A stretch of DNA of 64,000 nt from assembly GCA_030152145.1 (NCBI GenBank), contig JASLIL010000018.1, positions 5,100-69,099 of the forward strand. Direction: 5' to 3'. The notes under the pieces were generated by a model, which had not been told where the DNA came from, searched no databases, and was given only the letters and a program-made list of their open reading frames with translations. Positions 28,759 through 37,319 of this stretch are shown piece after piece. The stretch is from Tissierellales bacterium. Its GTDB lineage: Bacteria > Bacillota > Clostridia > Tissierellales > JASKZW01. The position numbers and the translations under genes are program-made. Within the stretch, counting starts at the first letter, position 1, and the number at the start of each line of letters is the position of its first letter.

Positions 28759-30864
28759 TTGGATATAATAAGTATATTAGTAAAGGAATTAGGTATAAAA
28801 AGATTTCAGGTAGAAAATACCATTAAGTTAATAGAGGAAGGCAACACCATTCCTTTTATAGCAAGATACAGGAAGGAAGTTACTGGAAATTTAAGTGATG
28901 AGGTCTTAAGGGCCTTTGAAACAAAATTCGACCAACTAAGGAACCTTAAAAATCGCCAGGAAGAGGTTATAAGGCTAATAGATGAACAAGGCCAGCTAAC
29001 AGATAAGATCAGGGCCGACCTACTAAAGGCTGAAACAATCCAAAAAATAGATGACATATACAGACCCTTTAGGCCTAAAAGAAGAACTCGTGGCATGATA
29101 GCCAGGGAAAAAGGCCTGGAGGACATGGCAGATTTTTTACTTGGAGATTTTGATAGCGATGAATTAAAGGAGGAAGTTGAAAAGTATATAGATGAGGACA
29201 AGGAGCTCTTTACTGAAAGCCATGTCCTAGAAGGAGCCAAGGATATAATAGCTGAGAACATATCAGACAATCCAAGATATAGGGAAATTGTAAGAACTAT
29301 AGTAGCCAAGGAAGGTCTTCTAGAAAGTCAGCTAGTAAAGGATGCGGAGGATGAGAAAAAAGTATATGAGATGTATTATGACTATAGAGAACCCCTAAAA
29401 AAACTTGCCAACCATAGGGTATTGGCCCTAAACAGGGGAGAAAAAGAGAAGATACTAAGGGTTAAGATAGTCCTAGAGGATGAACTGGTTTTGGATAGGC
29501 TTAGGAAGGACCTATTAGGAGAGTTTGGTAAAGTAAATGAATTTATGGACCAGGCCCTAGTTGATAGCTACAATCGTTTGATCTTCCCATCCATAGAAAG
29601 GGAGCTTAGAAATAAACTAACAGAGCTGGCCGAAGATGACGCTATTAATGTATTTGCCCTTAATCTTGAGCCGCTTTTAATGCAGCCACCAGTAAAGGAC
29701 ACTATAATTTTAGCCCTGGATCCAGGTTTTAGGACCGGCTGTAAGCTAGCTATTATAGATGCTAACGGAAACTTTCTGGACTATTCAACTATATTTCCTA
29801 CTGAACCTAGAAATGAGATAGAAGCCAGCAAGAAAACCTTAAAAGATTTAATCTATAAATATGGTGTAAATCTTATCTCAATAGGTAATGGTACTGCCAG
29901 TCGTGAAACAGAGCAGCTAGTGGCAGACCTAATAAGGGAATTAGATAGGAATATTTCCTACACCATAGTAAATGAAGCAGGTGCCAGTATCTACTCTGCC
30001 TCTCAGGTAGGTCAGGATGAGTTTCCAGACCTGGATGTATCCATAAGAGGAGCTATATCTATAGGTCGTAGGCTACAAGATCCTCTGTCAGAGCTGGTAA
30101 AGATAGAGCCTAAACACATAGGAGTTGGTCAATATCAACATGACCTTAACCAGAAGAAATTAGATGAGGAGTTAACCAAGGTAGTAGAGGACGTAGTAAA
30201 TAGGGTAGGTGTAAACCTAAACAATGCTTCTGTATCTCTCTTAAACTATGTTTCAGGCATATCAAATAGGTTGGCCAAAAATATAGTAGACTATAGAGAT
30301 GAAATTGGTGGCTTTAAGAAAAGGTCAGAACTTAAAAAAGTAAAGGGGCTAGGTCCTAAGACTTTCACCCAGTGTGCAGGATTTTTAAGGATTCCAGAAG
30401 GGGAAGATATTTTAGATAATACAGGTGTTCACCCAGAGAATTACAAGGAAGCCAGACTGATAATCGAAAGAAATCTTATGGAAGAAGACCTGGACCTATT
30501 GGCAGAAGAACTTAATATAGGAAGCTTGACCCTAAGGGACATAGTAGAGGAACTTAAGAAGCCAGGAAGAGACCCAAGGGAAGATATGCCAAAGCCAATA
30601 TTTAGAAGAGATGTCTTAAATATGGAGGATCTGGAGCCAGGTATGAAGATGACAGGTAGTGTCAGAAATGTAGTGGACTTTGGGGCCTTTATAGACATAG
30701 GAGTTAAGCAGGATGGTTTGGTTCACATATCTGAGCTTTCAGATTCTTTCGTAAAGCATCCCAAGGACCTAGTTAAGGTAGGGGATCAGGTAGATGTTGA
30801 AATTATAGATATAGATCTTAAGAAGGGAAGAATATCACTTTCCATGAAAAAGAATAGAAAATAA
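28759..30864 (+). CDS. tex: Tex-like transcription accessory protein (S1 RNA-binding)
   Basis: N-terminal PFIARYRKE motif, a YqgF/RuvC-like domain (ILALDPGFRTGCK), HhH motifs, and a C-terminal S1 domain (GSVRNVVDFGAFIDIG). Confidence 0.9.
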   Translation: MDIISILVKELGIKRFQVENTIKLIEEGNTIPFIARYRKEVTGNLSDEVLRAFETKFDQLRNLKNRQEEVIRLIDEQGQLTDKIRADLLKAETIQKIDDIYRPFRPKRRTRGMIAREKGLEDMADFLLGDFDSDELKEEVEKYIDEDKELFTESHVLEGAKDIIAENISDNPRYREIVRTIVAKEGLLESQLVKDAEDEKKVYEMYYDYREPLKKLANHRVLALNRGEKEKILRVKIVLEDELVLDRLRKDLLGEFGKVNEFMDQALVDSYNRLIFPSIERELRNKLTELAEDDAINVFALNLEPLLMQPPVKDTIILALDPGFRTGCKLAIIDANGNFLDYSTIFPTEPRNEIEASKKTLKDLIYKYGVNLISIGNGTASRETEQLVADLIRELDRNISYTIVNEAGASIYSASQVGQDEFPDLDVSIRGAISIGRRLQDPLSELVKIEPKHIGVGQYQHDLNQKKLDEELTKVVEDVVNRVGVNLNNASVSLLNYVSGISNRLAKNIVDYRDEIGGFKKRSELKKVKGLGPKTFTQCAGFLRIPEGEDILDNTGVHPENYKEARLIIERNLMEEDLDLLAEELNIGSLTLRDIVEELKKPGRDPREDMPKPIFRRDVLNMEDLEPGMKMTGSVRNVVDFGAFIDIGVKQDGLVHISELSDSFVKHPKDLVKVGDQVDVEIIDIDLKKGRISLSMKKNRK

Positions 30865-30880
30865 ACCTAGGAGGGATTGG

Positions 30881-32032
30881 ATGTTACTTTTAAAAAATGG
30901 AAGAATATACACTGGAGAAGGAGATATTATTGAGAGAGGGGACATAGTCTTAGATGGCGGCAAGATAGTGGAAATAGGCCAGGATCTTTCAGGCCATGAA
31001 AGCATAGACCTAGAGGGTAGAAATGTCTATCCAGGATTTATAGAGGCTCATTGCCATCTGGGTATGTGGGAGGAAGGTATGGGCTTTGAAGGCAGTGATG
31101 GCAATGAAATGGTAGACCCTGTTACTCCAGAACTTCGTGCCATAGATGCCATAAACCCTATGGACCAAGGTTTTGAAGATGCCTACAAGGCAGGGGTAAC
31201 AACTGTTGTTACAGGGCCAGGATCAGCCAATGTTATAGGAGGTATGTTTGCAGCCATAAAAACCTTTGGAAAGCGAGTAGACAGTATGATTCTTAAGGAG
31301 CCAGTAGCCATGAAGATAGCCTTTGGTGAAAATCCTAAAAGGGTATATATGGACCAGAAAAAATCGCCTATAACTAGAATGGCCAATGCATCAATTCTAA
31401 GGGAGAATCTTTTTAAGGCTAGGATCTATGCAGACAAGAAAAAAGCAGCTGGGGGAGATCTGGAAAAATATCCAGAATTTAATATGAAGATGGAGGCCCT
31501 AGAAAAGGTAATAAACAAGGAAATACCTCTTAAGGCCCATGCCCACAGAGCAGATGATATATTTACAGCTCTTAGGATAGCCAAGGAGTTTGACCTTGAC
31601 ATAAGCCTAGACCACTGTTCAGAAGGACATCTTATAGTTGATGAGCTGGAAAAAGAGGCCAGGGACTGTATCGTTGGTCCAACCTTAACAAATAGGTCTA
31701 AAATAGAGGTGAGAAATAAGACCTTTAAGACTCCGGCCATACTAAATAAGGCAGGAATAAGAATAGCCATAACAACAGATGCACCAGTTATCCCCATAGA
31801 GTACCTGCCTCTTTGTGCAGGCCTAGCTTCTAGATCAGGCTTAGATGAAATGGAAGCCTTAAAGGCCATAACCATAAATCCAGCAGAAATTGTAGGTATA
31901 TCAGAAAGAGTGGGTAGTATTAAGGTAGGTAAGGATGGAGACCTGGTAGTTTATGATGGAAATCCACTAAAGGACATAGATAGTAGGGTTTTTATGACTA
32001 TAATAGATGGAAATATAGTTTATAGAAATTAA
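30881..32032 (+). CDS. amidohydrolase-superfamily metallohydrolase (third paralog, intact ligands)
   Basis: It carries IEAHCHLG, PLKAHAH, SLDHCSEG and ITTDAP. It aligns end to end with the ORF at 13720-14862. Confidence 0.8.
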   Translation: MLLLKNGRIYTGEGDIIERGDIVLDGGKIVEIGQDLSGHESIDLEGRNVYPGFIEAHCHLGMWEEGMGFEGSDGNEMVDPVTPELRAIDAINPMDQGFEDAYKAGVTTVVTGPGSANVIGGMFAAIKTFGKRVDSMILKEPVAMKIAFGENPKRVYMDQKKSPITRMANASILRENLFKARIYADKKKAAGGDLEKYPEFNMKMEALEKVINKEIPLKAHAHRADDIFTALRIAKEFDLDISLDHCSEGHLIVDELEKEARDCIVGPTLTNRSKIEVRNKTFKTPAILNKAGIRIAITTDAPVIPIEYLPLCAGLASRSGLDEMEALKAITINPAEIVGISERVGSIKVGKDGDLVVYDGNPLKDIDSRVFMTIIDGNIVYRN

Positions 32033-32036
32033 AGGA

Positions 32037-33158
32037 GTGATAGATTTGAGACTAGGACTTGTAGTAAACCCAATAGCAGGTATGGGTGGTAGAGTAGGCC
32101 TAAAGGGAACAGATGGCCAGGAAATTTTAGAAAAGGCCAGAAAATTAGGAGCCAAGGAAGAGGCACCTTTAAAGGCCAGAAGAGCCTTGGAGCCTCTTTT
32201 AGAAATAAAGGATCAACTGACCATAGTAGCAGCTGCTGGAGATATGGGAGAGAAAGAGGCAGCAGACCTGGGTTTTAAGCTTGAAGTAGTTGGAGATCCT
32301 AAGGATAGAACTACAATGGAGGATACTATAGCCATAGCCAAAGATATAGCCAGCAGGGACATAGATCTTTTAATGTTTGCTGGTGGTGATGGTACTGCTA
32401 GAAATATCTATACAGCTGTTGGAGAGTCTATAGCTGTTATTGGAATACCAGCAGGAGTTAAAATTCACTCTGGAGTTTTTGCTAATCATCCAAAGGCTGC
32501 TGGAGAAGTGGCCCTACAGTTTTTAAGGGGAGATGCTATAGACTTAAAGTCCAAGGAGGTTATGGACATAGATGAAGAAAAATTTAGGGATGGTCAGGTA
32601 ATGGCTAGACTTTTTGGCTATATGAACACACCTTTTATTCCCCAGCTAGTACAGACTCAAAAAGCTGGTAGCATAGAGGGAGAAGAAGCATCAATAGAAG
32701 GAATTAGCTACAGGATAGTTGATGATATGAAGGAAGATACCTACTATATAGTTGGATCTGGTACAACAACTAGGCCTATAATGGAAAAGCTAGGTCTTGA
32801 TAATACGCTTTTAGGTGTAGATATAGTAAAGAACAAGCAGTTGGTAAAAAAAGACTGTAATGAAGAAGATATTTTAAGTATTATAGGAGACAATAAGGCC
32901 AAGATTATAGTAACAGTTATAGGTGGTCAAGGCTATCTATTTGGTCGTGGTAACCAGCAGTTAAGTAAAAGAGTGGTTGAAAAAGTGGGCAAGGAAAATA
33001 TAATCATAGTGGCAAGTAAGAGGAAGCTTTTAGAGCTAGCCAAAAAGCCTCTATTAGTAGACTTTGGAGACCCAGATTTCAATGAGAACTTTAGCGGCTT
33101 TATGATGGTAAGAACCTCCTATACAGATGAGGCAGTTTATAAGGTAAAAGGAGTTTAA
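32037..33158 (+). CDS. ATP-NAD kinase / diacylglycerol-kinase-fold family protein
   Basis: It has VVNPIAGMGG near the N-terminus and the GGDGT motif. The start is uncertain: GTG at 32037 or TTG at 32046. Confidence 0.6.
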   Translation: MIDLRLGLVVNPIAGMGGRVGLKGTDGQEILEKARKLGAKEEAPLKARRALEPLLEIKDQLTIVAAAGDMGEKEAADLGFKLEVVGDPKDRTTMEDTIAIAKDIASRDIDLLMFAGGDGTARNIYTAVGESIAVIGIPAGVKIHSGVFANHPKAAGEVALQFLRGDAIDLKSKEVMDIDEEKFRDGQVMARLFGYMNTPFIPQLVQTQKAGSIEGEEASIEGISYRIVDDMKEDTYYIVGSGTTTRPIMEKLGLDNTLLGVDIVKNKQLVKKDCNEEDILSIIGDNKAKIIVTVIGGQGYLFGRGNQQLSKRVVEKVGKENIIIVASKRKLLELAKKPLLVDFGDPDFNENFSGFMMVRTSYTDEAVYKVKGV

Positions 33159-33206
33159 GCTTTGACAAAAAAGAAAACTATTGTATAATATAATTAGAAA
33201 ATAAAT

Positions 33207-33326
33207 AAGATCTTCAGGGCGAGGTGTAATTCCTCACCGGCAGTAATAGTCTGCGACCCTAGTTATCTAGGTTGAATTGGTGCAACTCCAATACCGACAG
33301 TTAAAGTCTGGATGAAAGAAGATGGA
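33207..33326 (+). promoter_or_regulatory. FMN riboswitch (RFN element) aptamer
   Basis: The conserved cores are present: AGGGCGAGGTGTAATTCCTCACCGGCAGTAA, GGTTGAATTGGTGCAACTCCAATACCGACAGTTAAAGTCTGGATGAAAGAAGA. P1 pairs TCTTC (33211-33215) with GAAGA (33319-33323). It sits upstream of a riboflavin transporter gene. Confidence 0.9.
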
Positions 33327-33344
33327 ATAAGCTTTATTTACCAC

Positions 33345-33380
33345 GCCCCGAGTATTTTTATACTTGGGGCTTAATTATTT
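33345..33380 (+). terminator. riboswitch expression-platform terminator
   Basis: GCCCCGAGTA-ttttta-TACTTGGGGC (10 bp with one G-U pair) followed by TTAATTATTT. Confidence 0.75.
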
Positions 33381-33417
33381 CTAAATCCCTGAAGAAATAA
33401 TTAATTGGAGGGTTTTT

Positions 33418-34023
33418 ATGTATACTTTAAGAAAGGAAGATTTCACAACCAGAACTATGGTAAAGATTTCAGTCCTTGCAGTAATAGCTTTTATACTTAT
33501 GTTGGTTGACTTTCCACTATGGTTTGCACCACCATTTCTAAAATTTGACATATCTGACCTACCAGCACTTCTAGGATCCTTTGCTATGGGACCGATGGCT
33601 GGAGTAATAGTACAGTTTATGAAAAACATTTTAAAGCTAGTAGTAAGTGGTTCAGGTACAGGGGGAGTAGGAGAGCTTTCAAACTTTGTAGTAGGAAGTA
33701 TTTTCACCTATACAGCAGGCTATATCTACTACAAGAACAAGACTAAAAAATCAGCAGCCATAGGCCTTACGGTAGGCACCCTGGTTATGACAGTAGTAAT
33801 ATCAATAGTTAACTATGTATTTATGATACCTTTTTATGCCAAAGTCTTTGGTATGCCCCTAAACAGCATTGTGGAAATGGGTATGAAGGTTAATAGGTAT
33901 GTAACTGATTTTAAGTCACTGATAGTTTTTGCAGTTTTTCCCTTTAATCTGCTAAAGGGAATTATAGTAAGTATTATAACCATGCTAATATATAAAAGAG
34001 TTTCACCTATTTTACATGATTAA
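33418..34023 (+). CDS. ribU: riboflavin ECF transporter S component
   Basis: 201 aa with six TM segments in an ECF S-component architecture. It lies directly downstream of the FMN riboswitch. Confidence 0.85.
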   Translation: MYTLRKEDFTTRTMVKISVLAVIAFILMLVDFPLWFAPPFLKFDISDLPALLGSFAMGPMAGVIVQFMKNILKLVVSGSGTGGVGELSNFVVGSIFTYTAGYIYYKNKTKKSAAIGLTVGTLVMTVVISIVNYVFMIPFYAKVFGMPLNSIVEMGMKVNRYVTDFKSLIVFAVFPFNLLKGIIVSIITMLIYKRVSPILHD

Positions 34024-34024
34024 T

Positions 34025-34059
34025 AAAAGGCTGCCTTCTAATATGAGGCAGCCTTTTTT
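34025..34059 (+). terminator. rho-independent terminator
   Basis: GGCTGCCT-tctaatatg-AGGCAGCC, flanked by an A run and a T6 run. Confidence 0.9.
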
Positions 34060-34156
34060 ATTATTCTAAATTTTAAGTTTTCCCTATAGATAGATTAATT
34101 GTAGAACTAGAAATGAAGTGATATAATGAAGAAAGAATATTAGAGAGGTTGATAGG

Positions 34157-34615
34157 ATGTACGAGATTTTTATAGATAACTTAGATGAAATGGAGAAATT
34201 TGGTCTTAGATTTGGTAGACTCCTAAGGTCGGGAGATATTGTTTCTATGAATGGAGACCTAGGCACAGGCAAGACTACCCTTACTAAGTCTATAGGCCTA
34301 GGCCTGGATGTAGAAGACTATATAACCAGTCCTACCTTTGCCCTTATAAATGTATATGATGGTAGATTCCCAGTCTATCACTTTGATGTCTATAGACTTG
34401 AGAATATAGAGAGTCTAGATGATCTGGGTTTTGATGAGTATTTTTATTCAGCTGGAGTTAGCCTTATAGAGTGGGGAGATATGATTGAAGAATTTCTTCC
34501 CAGTGAAAGAATTAATCTATCTATAGAAAAGGGCCAGGATTTGGATACTAGAATAATTAGGGTCTTTGGAGATTCAAAAAGAGCAAGAGAAATAGTTAAG
34601 GAGTTGAAGGGATAA
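34157..34615 (+). CDS. tsaE: tRNA t6A37 biosynthesis ATPase TsaE
   Basis: 152 aa with the P-loop GDLGTGKTT, then SPTF and HFDVYR motifs. Confidence 0.9.
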   Translation: MYEIFIDNLDEMEKFGLRFGRLLRSGDIVSMNGDLGTGKTTLTKSIGLGLDVEDYITSPTFALINVYDGRFPVYHFDVYRLENIESLDDLGFDEYFYSAGVSLIEWGDMIEEFLPSERINLSIEKGQDLDTRIIRVFGDSKRAREIVKELKG

Positions 34616-35307
34616 TGAAGATACTAGGTATAGATACTTCTACTATGGCCTCTAGTTGTGCCTTGGTGGAAGATGGTAGTTTGGTAGGAGAGGTTTTTTA
34701 CAAGCAGGATATGAGCCATTCTGAAAATTTAATCCCTATGATAAATACAGTACTAAGGGCTACAGGAAATACTATAGAGGATATAGATCTTTTTGCTGTT
34801 GCCAATGGTCCAGGTTCCTACACTGGCCTTAGGATAGGCTTGGCTACTATGAAGGCTTTTAGCCATAGCCTTAAGAAACCTATTGTTTCTGTTTCCACCT
34901 TAGAGGCCTTGGCTTTCAATGGATATGGGGCAGAGATAATAGTTCCTATGATAGATGCCAGAAGAGATAGGGTCTATGCTGGGGTTTTTAAGTCAGGAGA
35001 GGATGGCTTAGAGACTGTATTGGAGGAAGAAATTTATGAGGTGGAGAGCCTATGTGATTTCTTAAAGCCTTATTCCAGGGTTTTATTCCTGGGTAATGGA
35101 TATTCAGCCTATAGGGAAGTATTTGATGAAAGACTTGATAACTTTTACCTGGCTTCATTGGCTAGCCTTGATTGCAGGGCTAGTTCGATAGCCTTCTTGG
35201 CAGAGGCCTACCATAGGTCTGGCCTAAGTGAGGATTACTTTAGTTTAGCTCCTAGGTATTTTAGGGAAACCCAGGCTCAAAGAGAGCTTAGAAAGAAGGA
35301 AAGGTAA
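34615..35307 (+). CDS. tsaB: tRNA t6A37 biosynthesis protein TsaB
   Basis: ILGIDTS start, a YeaZ fold and a GPGSYTGLRIG motif. It abuts tsaE with an overlapping stop/start. Confidence 0.9.
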   Translation: MKILGIDTSTMASSCALVEDGSLVGEVFYKQDMSHSENLIPMINTVLRATGNTIEDIDLFAVANGPGSYTGLRIGLATMKAFSHSLKKPIVSVSTLEALAFNGYGAEIIVPMIDARRDRVYAGVFKSGEDGLETVLEEEIYEVESLCDFLKPYSRVLFLGNGYSAYREVFDERLDNFYLASLASLDCRASSIAFLAEAYHRSGLSEDYFSLAPRYFRETQAQRELRKKER

Positions 35308-35765
35308 TGGATCTTGTAATTAGGAGGATGGAGGAAAGAGATATAGACTCTGTAGTCCATATAGAAAATAGGGTCTATAATACTCCTTGGTCCAGAAGGT
35401 CTTTTGAAATGGAAGTTTCAGAAAATAAGTTGGCCAGGTACTTTGTGGCAGAATTAGATAATAGGCTAGTGGCCTATGCAGGTATTTGGCTTATTGTAGG
35501 AGAGGTTCATATTACTAATATAGCTGTAGATCCAGACTATAGGGGAAGGGGAATATCAAATTATCTGATGGAGAGAATGATAGATGAGGCGAGATCTATG
35601 AATTGCTTTGCCATGACCCTAGAAGTTAGAGTAGGAAATTTTACAGCTCAAAATCTATATAAGAAGTATGGTTTTAAAGAGGCTGGTATAAGACCAAAGT
35701 ACTATGCAGATAGTGGTGAAGATGCTATTATTATGTGGAAGAACTTTGAGGATGAGGTGGAATAA
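35307..35765 (+). CDS. rimI: ribosomal-protein-alanine N-acetyltransferase
   Basis: GNAT motif ([14 protein letters not shown]) in the conserved position between tsaB and tsaD. Confidence 0.85.
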   Translation: MDLVIRRMEERDIDSVVHIENRVYNTPWSRRSFEMEVSENKLARYFVAELDNRLVAYAGIWLIVGEVHITNIAVDPDYRGRGISNYLMERMIDEARSMNCFAMTLEVRVGNFTAQNLYKKYGFKEAGIRPKYYADSGEDAIIMWKNFEDEVE

Positions 35766-36778
35766 TGAAGGAAGATATTATAACTCTTGCTATAGAGTCA
35801 TCTTGTGATGAGACGTCTGTAGCAGTTTTAAGAAATGGAAGGGATGTTTTAAGTAATATAATCTCTTCTCAGATAGAGATACACAAGCAGTTTGGAGGAG
35901 TAGTTCCTGAGATTGCATCAAGAAAACATATAGAAAATATAAATCCTATAATAGAGGAGGCCTTGATGGAGGCTGGTCTTGGTTTTGAAGATCTGGACAT
36001 AGTAGGGGTTACCCATGGACCAGGTCTAATAGGAGCACTTTTAGTTGGCCTGTCTTCAGCTAAGGCCATATCCTATGCCCTGGATATACCCTTAGTAGGC
36101 GTAAATCATATAGAGGGTCATGTCTGTGCTAACTATATAGAGCATAAGGATTTGAAACCACCCTTTATATCACTTATAGTATCTGGGGGACATACCTATT
36201 TAGTAGAGGTAAAGGACTACACAGACTATGAATTAATAGGCAGGACCCGTGATGATGCAGCAGGAGAGGTCTTTGATAAGGTGGCTCGTGCTATAGGTTT
36301 AGCCTATCCAGGTGGACCTATGATTGACAAGTTGGCTAAAAAGGGCAATAAGGATGCCATAGATTTTCCAAGGGTAATGCTTGATGAAGACAGCTATGAC
36401 TTTAGCTTTAGTGGCCTAAAGACTTCTGTCTTAAATTATTTAAACAAGATGAGGCAAAATGGAGAGGATATAGTTGTAGAGGATGTGGCTGCTTCTTTCC
36501 AGGCGGCAGTTATAGAGGTTTTGGTTAAGAAGGCTATAAGATTGGCCAAGGAAAAGAAGCTTGATAAGATCGTTGTATCAGGTGGGGTAGCAGCAAATAG
36601 TGGTCTTAGAAATCTTCTAGAAGCTGAAGCCAAGAAGGAGGCTATAGAGGTTTATTATCCATCTATAGTTTTATGTACTGATAATGCAGCTATGATAGGT
36701 TCTAGTGCCTACTACAATTATAGGGCAGGTAAAACTTCAAACTATAATTTAAGAGCCGTACCGAATTTGGGCTTATAG
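35765..36778 (+). CDS. tsaD: tRNA N6-adenosine threonylcarbamoyltransferase TsaD
   Basis: Kae1/TsaD motifs are present: [29 protein letters not shown]. Confidence 0.95.
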   Translation: MKEDIITLAIESSCDETSVAVLRNGRDVLSNIISSQIEIHKQFGGVVPEIASRKHIENINPIIEEALMEAGLGFEDLDIVGVTHGPGLIGALLVGLSSAKAISYALDIPLVGVNHIEGHVCANYIEHKDLKPPFISLIVSGGHTYLVEVKDYTDYELIGRTRDDAAGEVFDKVARAIGLAYPGGPMIDKLAKKGNKDAIDFPRVMLDEDSYDFSFSGLKTSVLNYLNKMRQNGEDIVVEDVAASFQAAVIEVLVKKAIRLAKEKKLDKIVVSGGVAANSGLRNLLEAEAKKEAIEVYYPSIVLCTDNAAMIGSSAYYNYRAGKTSNYNLRAVPNLGL

Positions 36779-36801
36779 AGTGGGAAACCACTCTATTTTT
36801 T
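36777..36801 (+). terminator. rho-independent terminator of the tsa operon
   Basis: AGAGTGG-gaaa-CCACTCT followed by ATTTTTTT. Confidence 0.85.
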
Positions 36802-36803
36802 TA

Positions 36804-36834
36804 TAAAAAAATAGGCCCTAGGGCCTATTTTAAA
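36804..36834 (-). terminator. terminator for the minus-strand PepSY gene (palindromic, potentially bidirectional)
   Basis: An A7 run, then ATAGGCCCTAGGGCCTAT, then a T4 run. Confidence 0.75.
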
Positions 36835-36874
36835 ATATAACTTTTTAAAAGACATTAAATATATTATAAGTACA

Positions 36875-37183
36875 TTATTTTTGATCGGAACTAACTACTT
36901 CACCAGTAGCTTCATTTACGTCTACAAAATAAGTAATTCCTTCTTTTTGGAATTTAGTTTGATAAACCTTCTCTCCATTAACAGTAGCCTTTTCTAGCTT
37001 AATGAAAAGTACATCATCTGGAGTGAAATCGAATTCCTTAGCAGCTATTTCTCTAGCTTCATCTAGGGAAATTTTTTGACCTGAATCACTGCTGCCTCCA
37101 CCTTTGTTGCCTCCGCCGCCACATCCTACTAGAGTCATAGCTAGTGACAATACTAGAATGGTAATAAGTAAACGCTTTTTCAT
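36875..37183 (-). CDS. PepSY-domain lipoprotein
   Basis: Signal peptide with lipobox LVGC followed by a Gly-rich linker, then a single PepSY-like domain (ISLDEAREIAAKEF...YFVDVNEATGEV). I prefer the start at 37183 (RBS AGGAGGG) to the track start at 37225. Confidence 0.7.
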   Translation of the reverse strand: MKKRLLITILVLSLAMTLVGCGGGGNKGGGSSDSGQKISLDEAREIAAKEFDFTPDDVLFIKLEKATVNGEKVYQTKFQKEGITYFVDVNEATGEVVSSDQK

Positions 37184-37292
37184 TATAACATCCCTCCTTA
37201 TATCTATTTTACCACAGAATTGCAAGATTAATCAAAGTTTTTTGAAAATTAACAATATTTTTTTATTGTCTATAAATCAACTCCTATAGAAA

Positions 37293-37319
37293 GAGGAATA
37301 GGATTTTATCCTATTCCTC
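37293..37319 (-). terminator. terminator of the ABC-F gene
   Basis: GAGGAATAGGAT-ttt-ATCCTATTCCTC is a perfect 12-bp stem that overlaps the stop codon. Confidence 0.7.
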
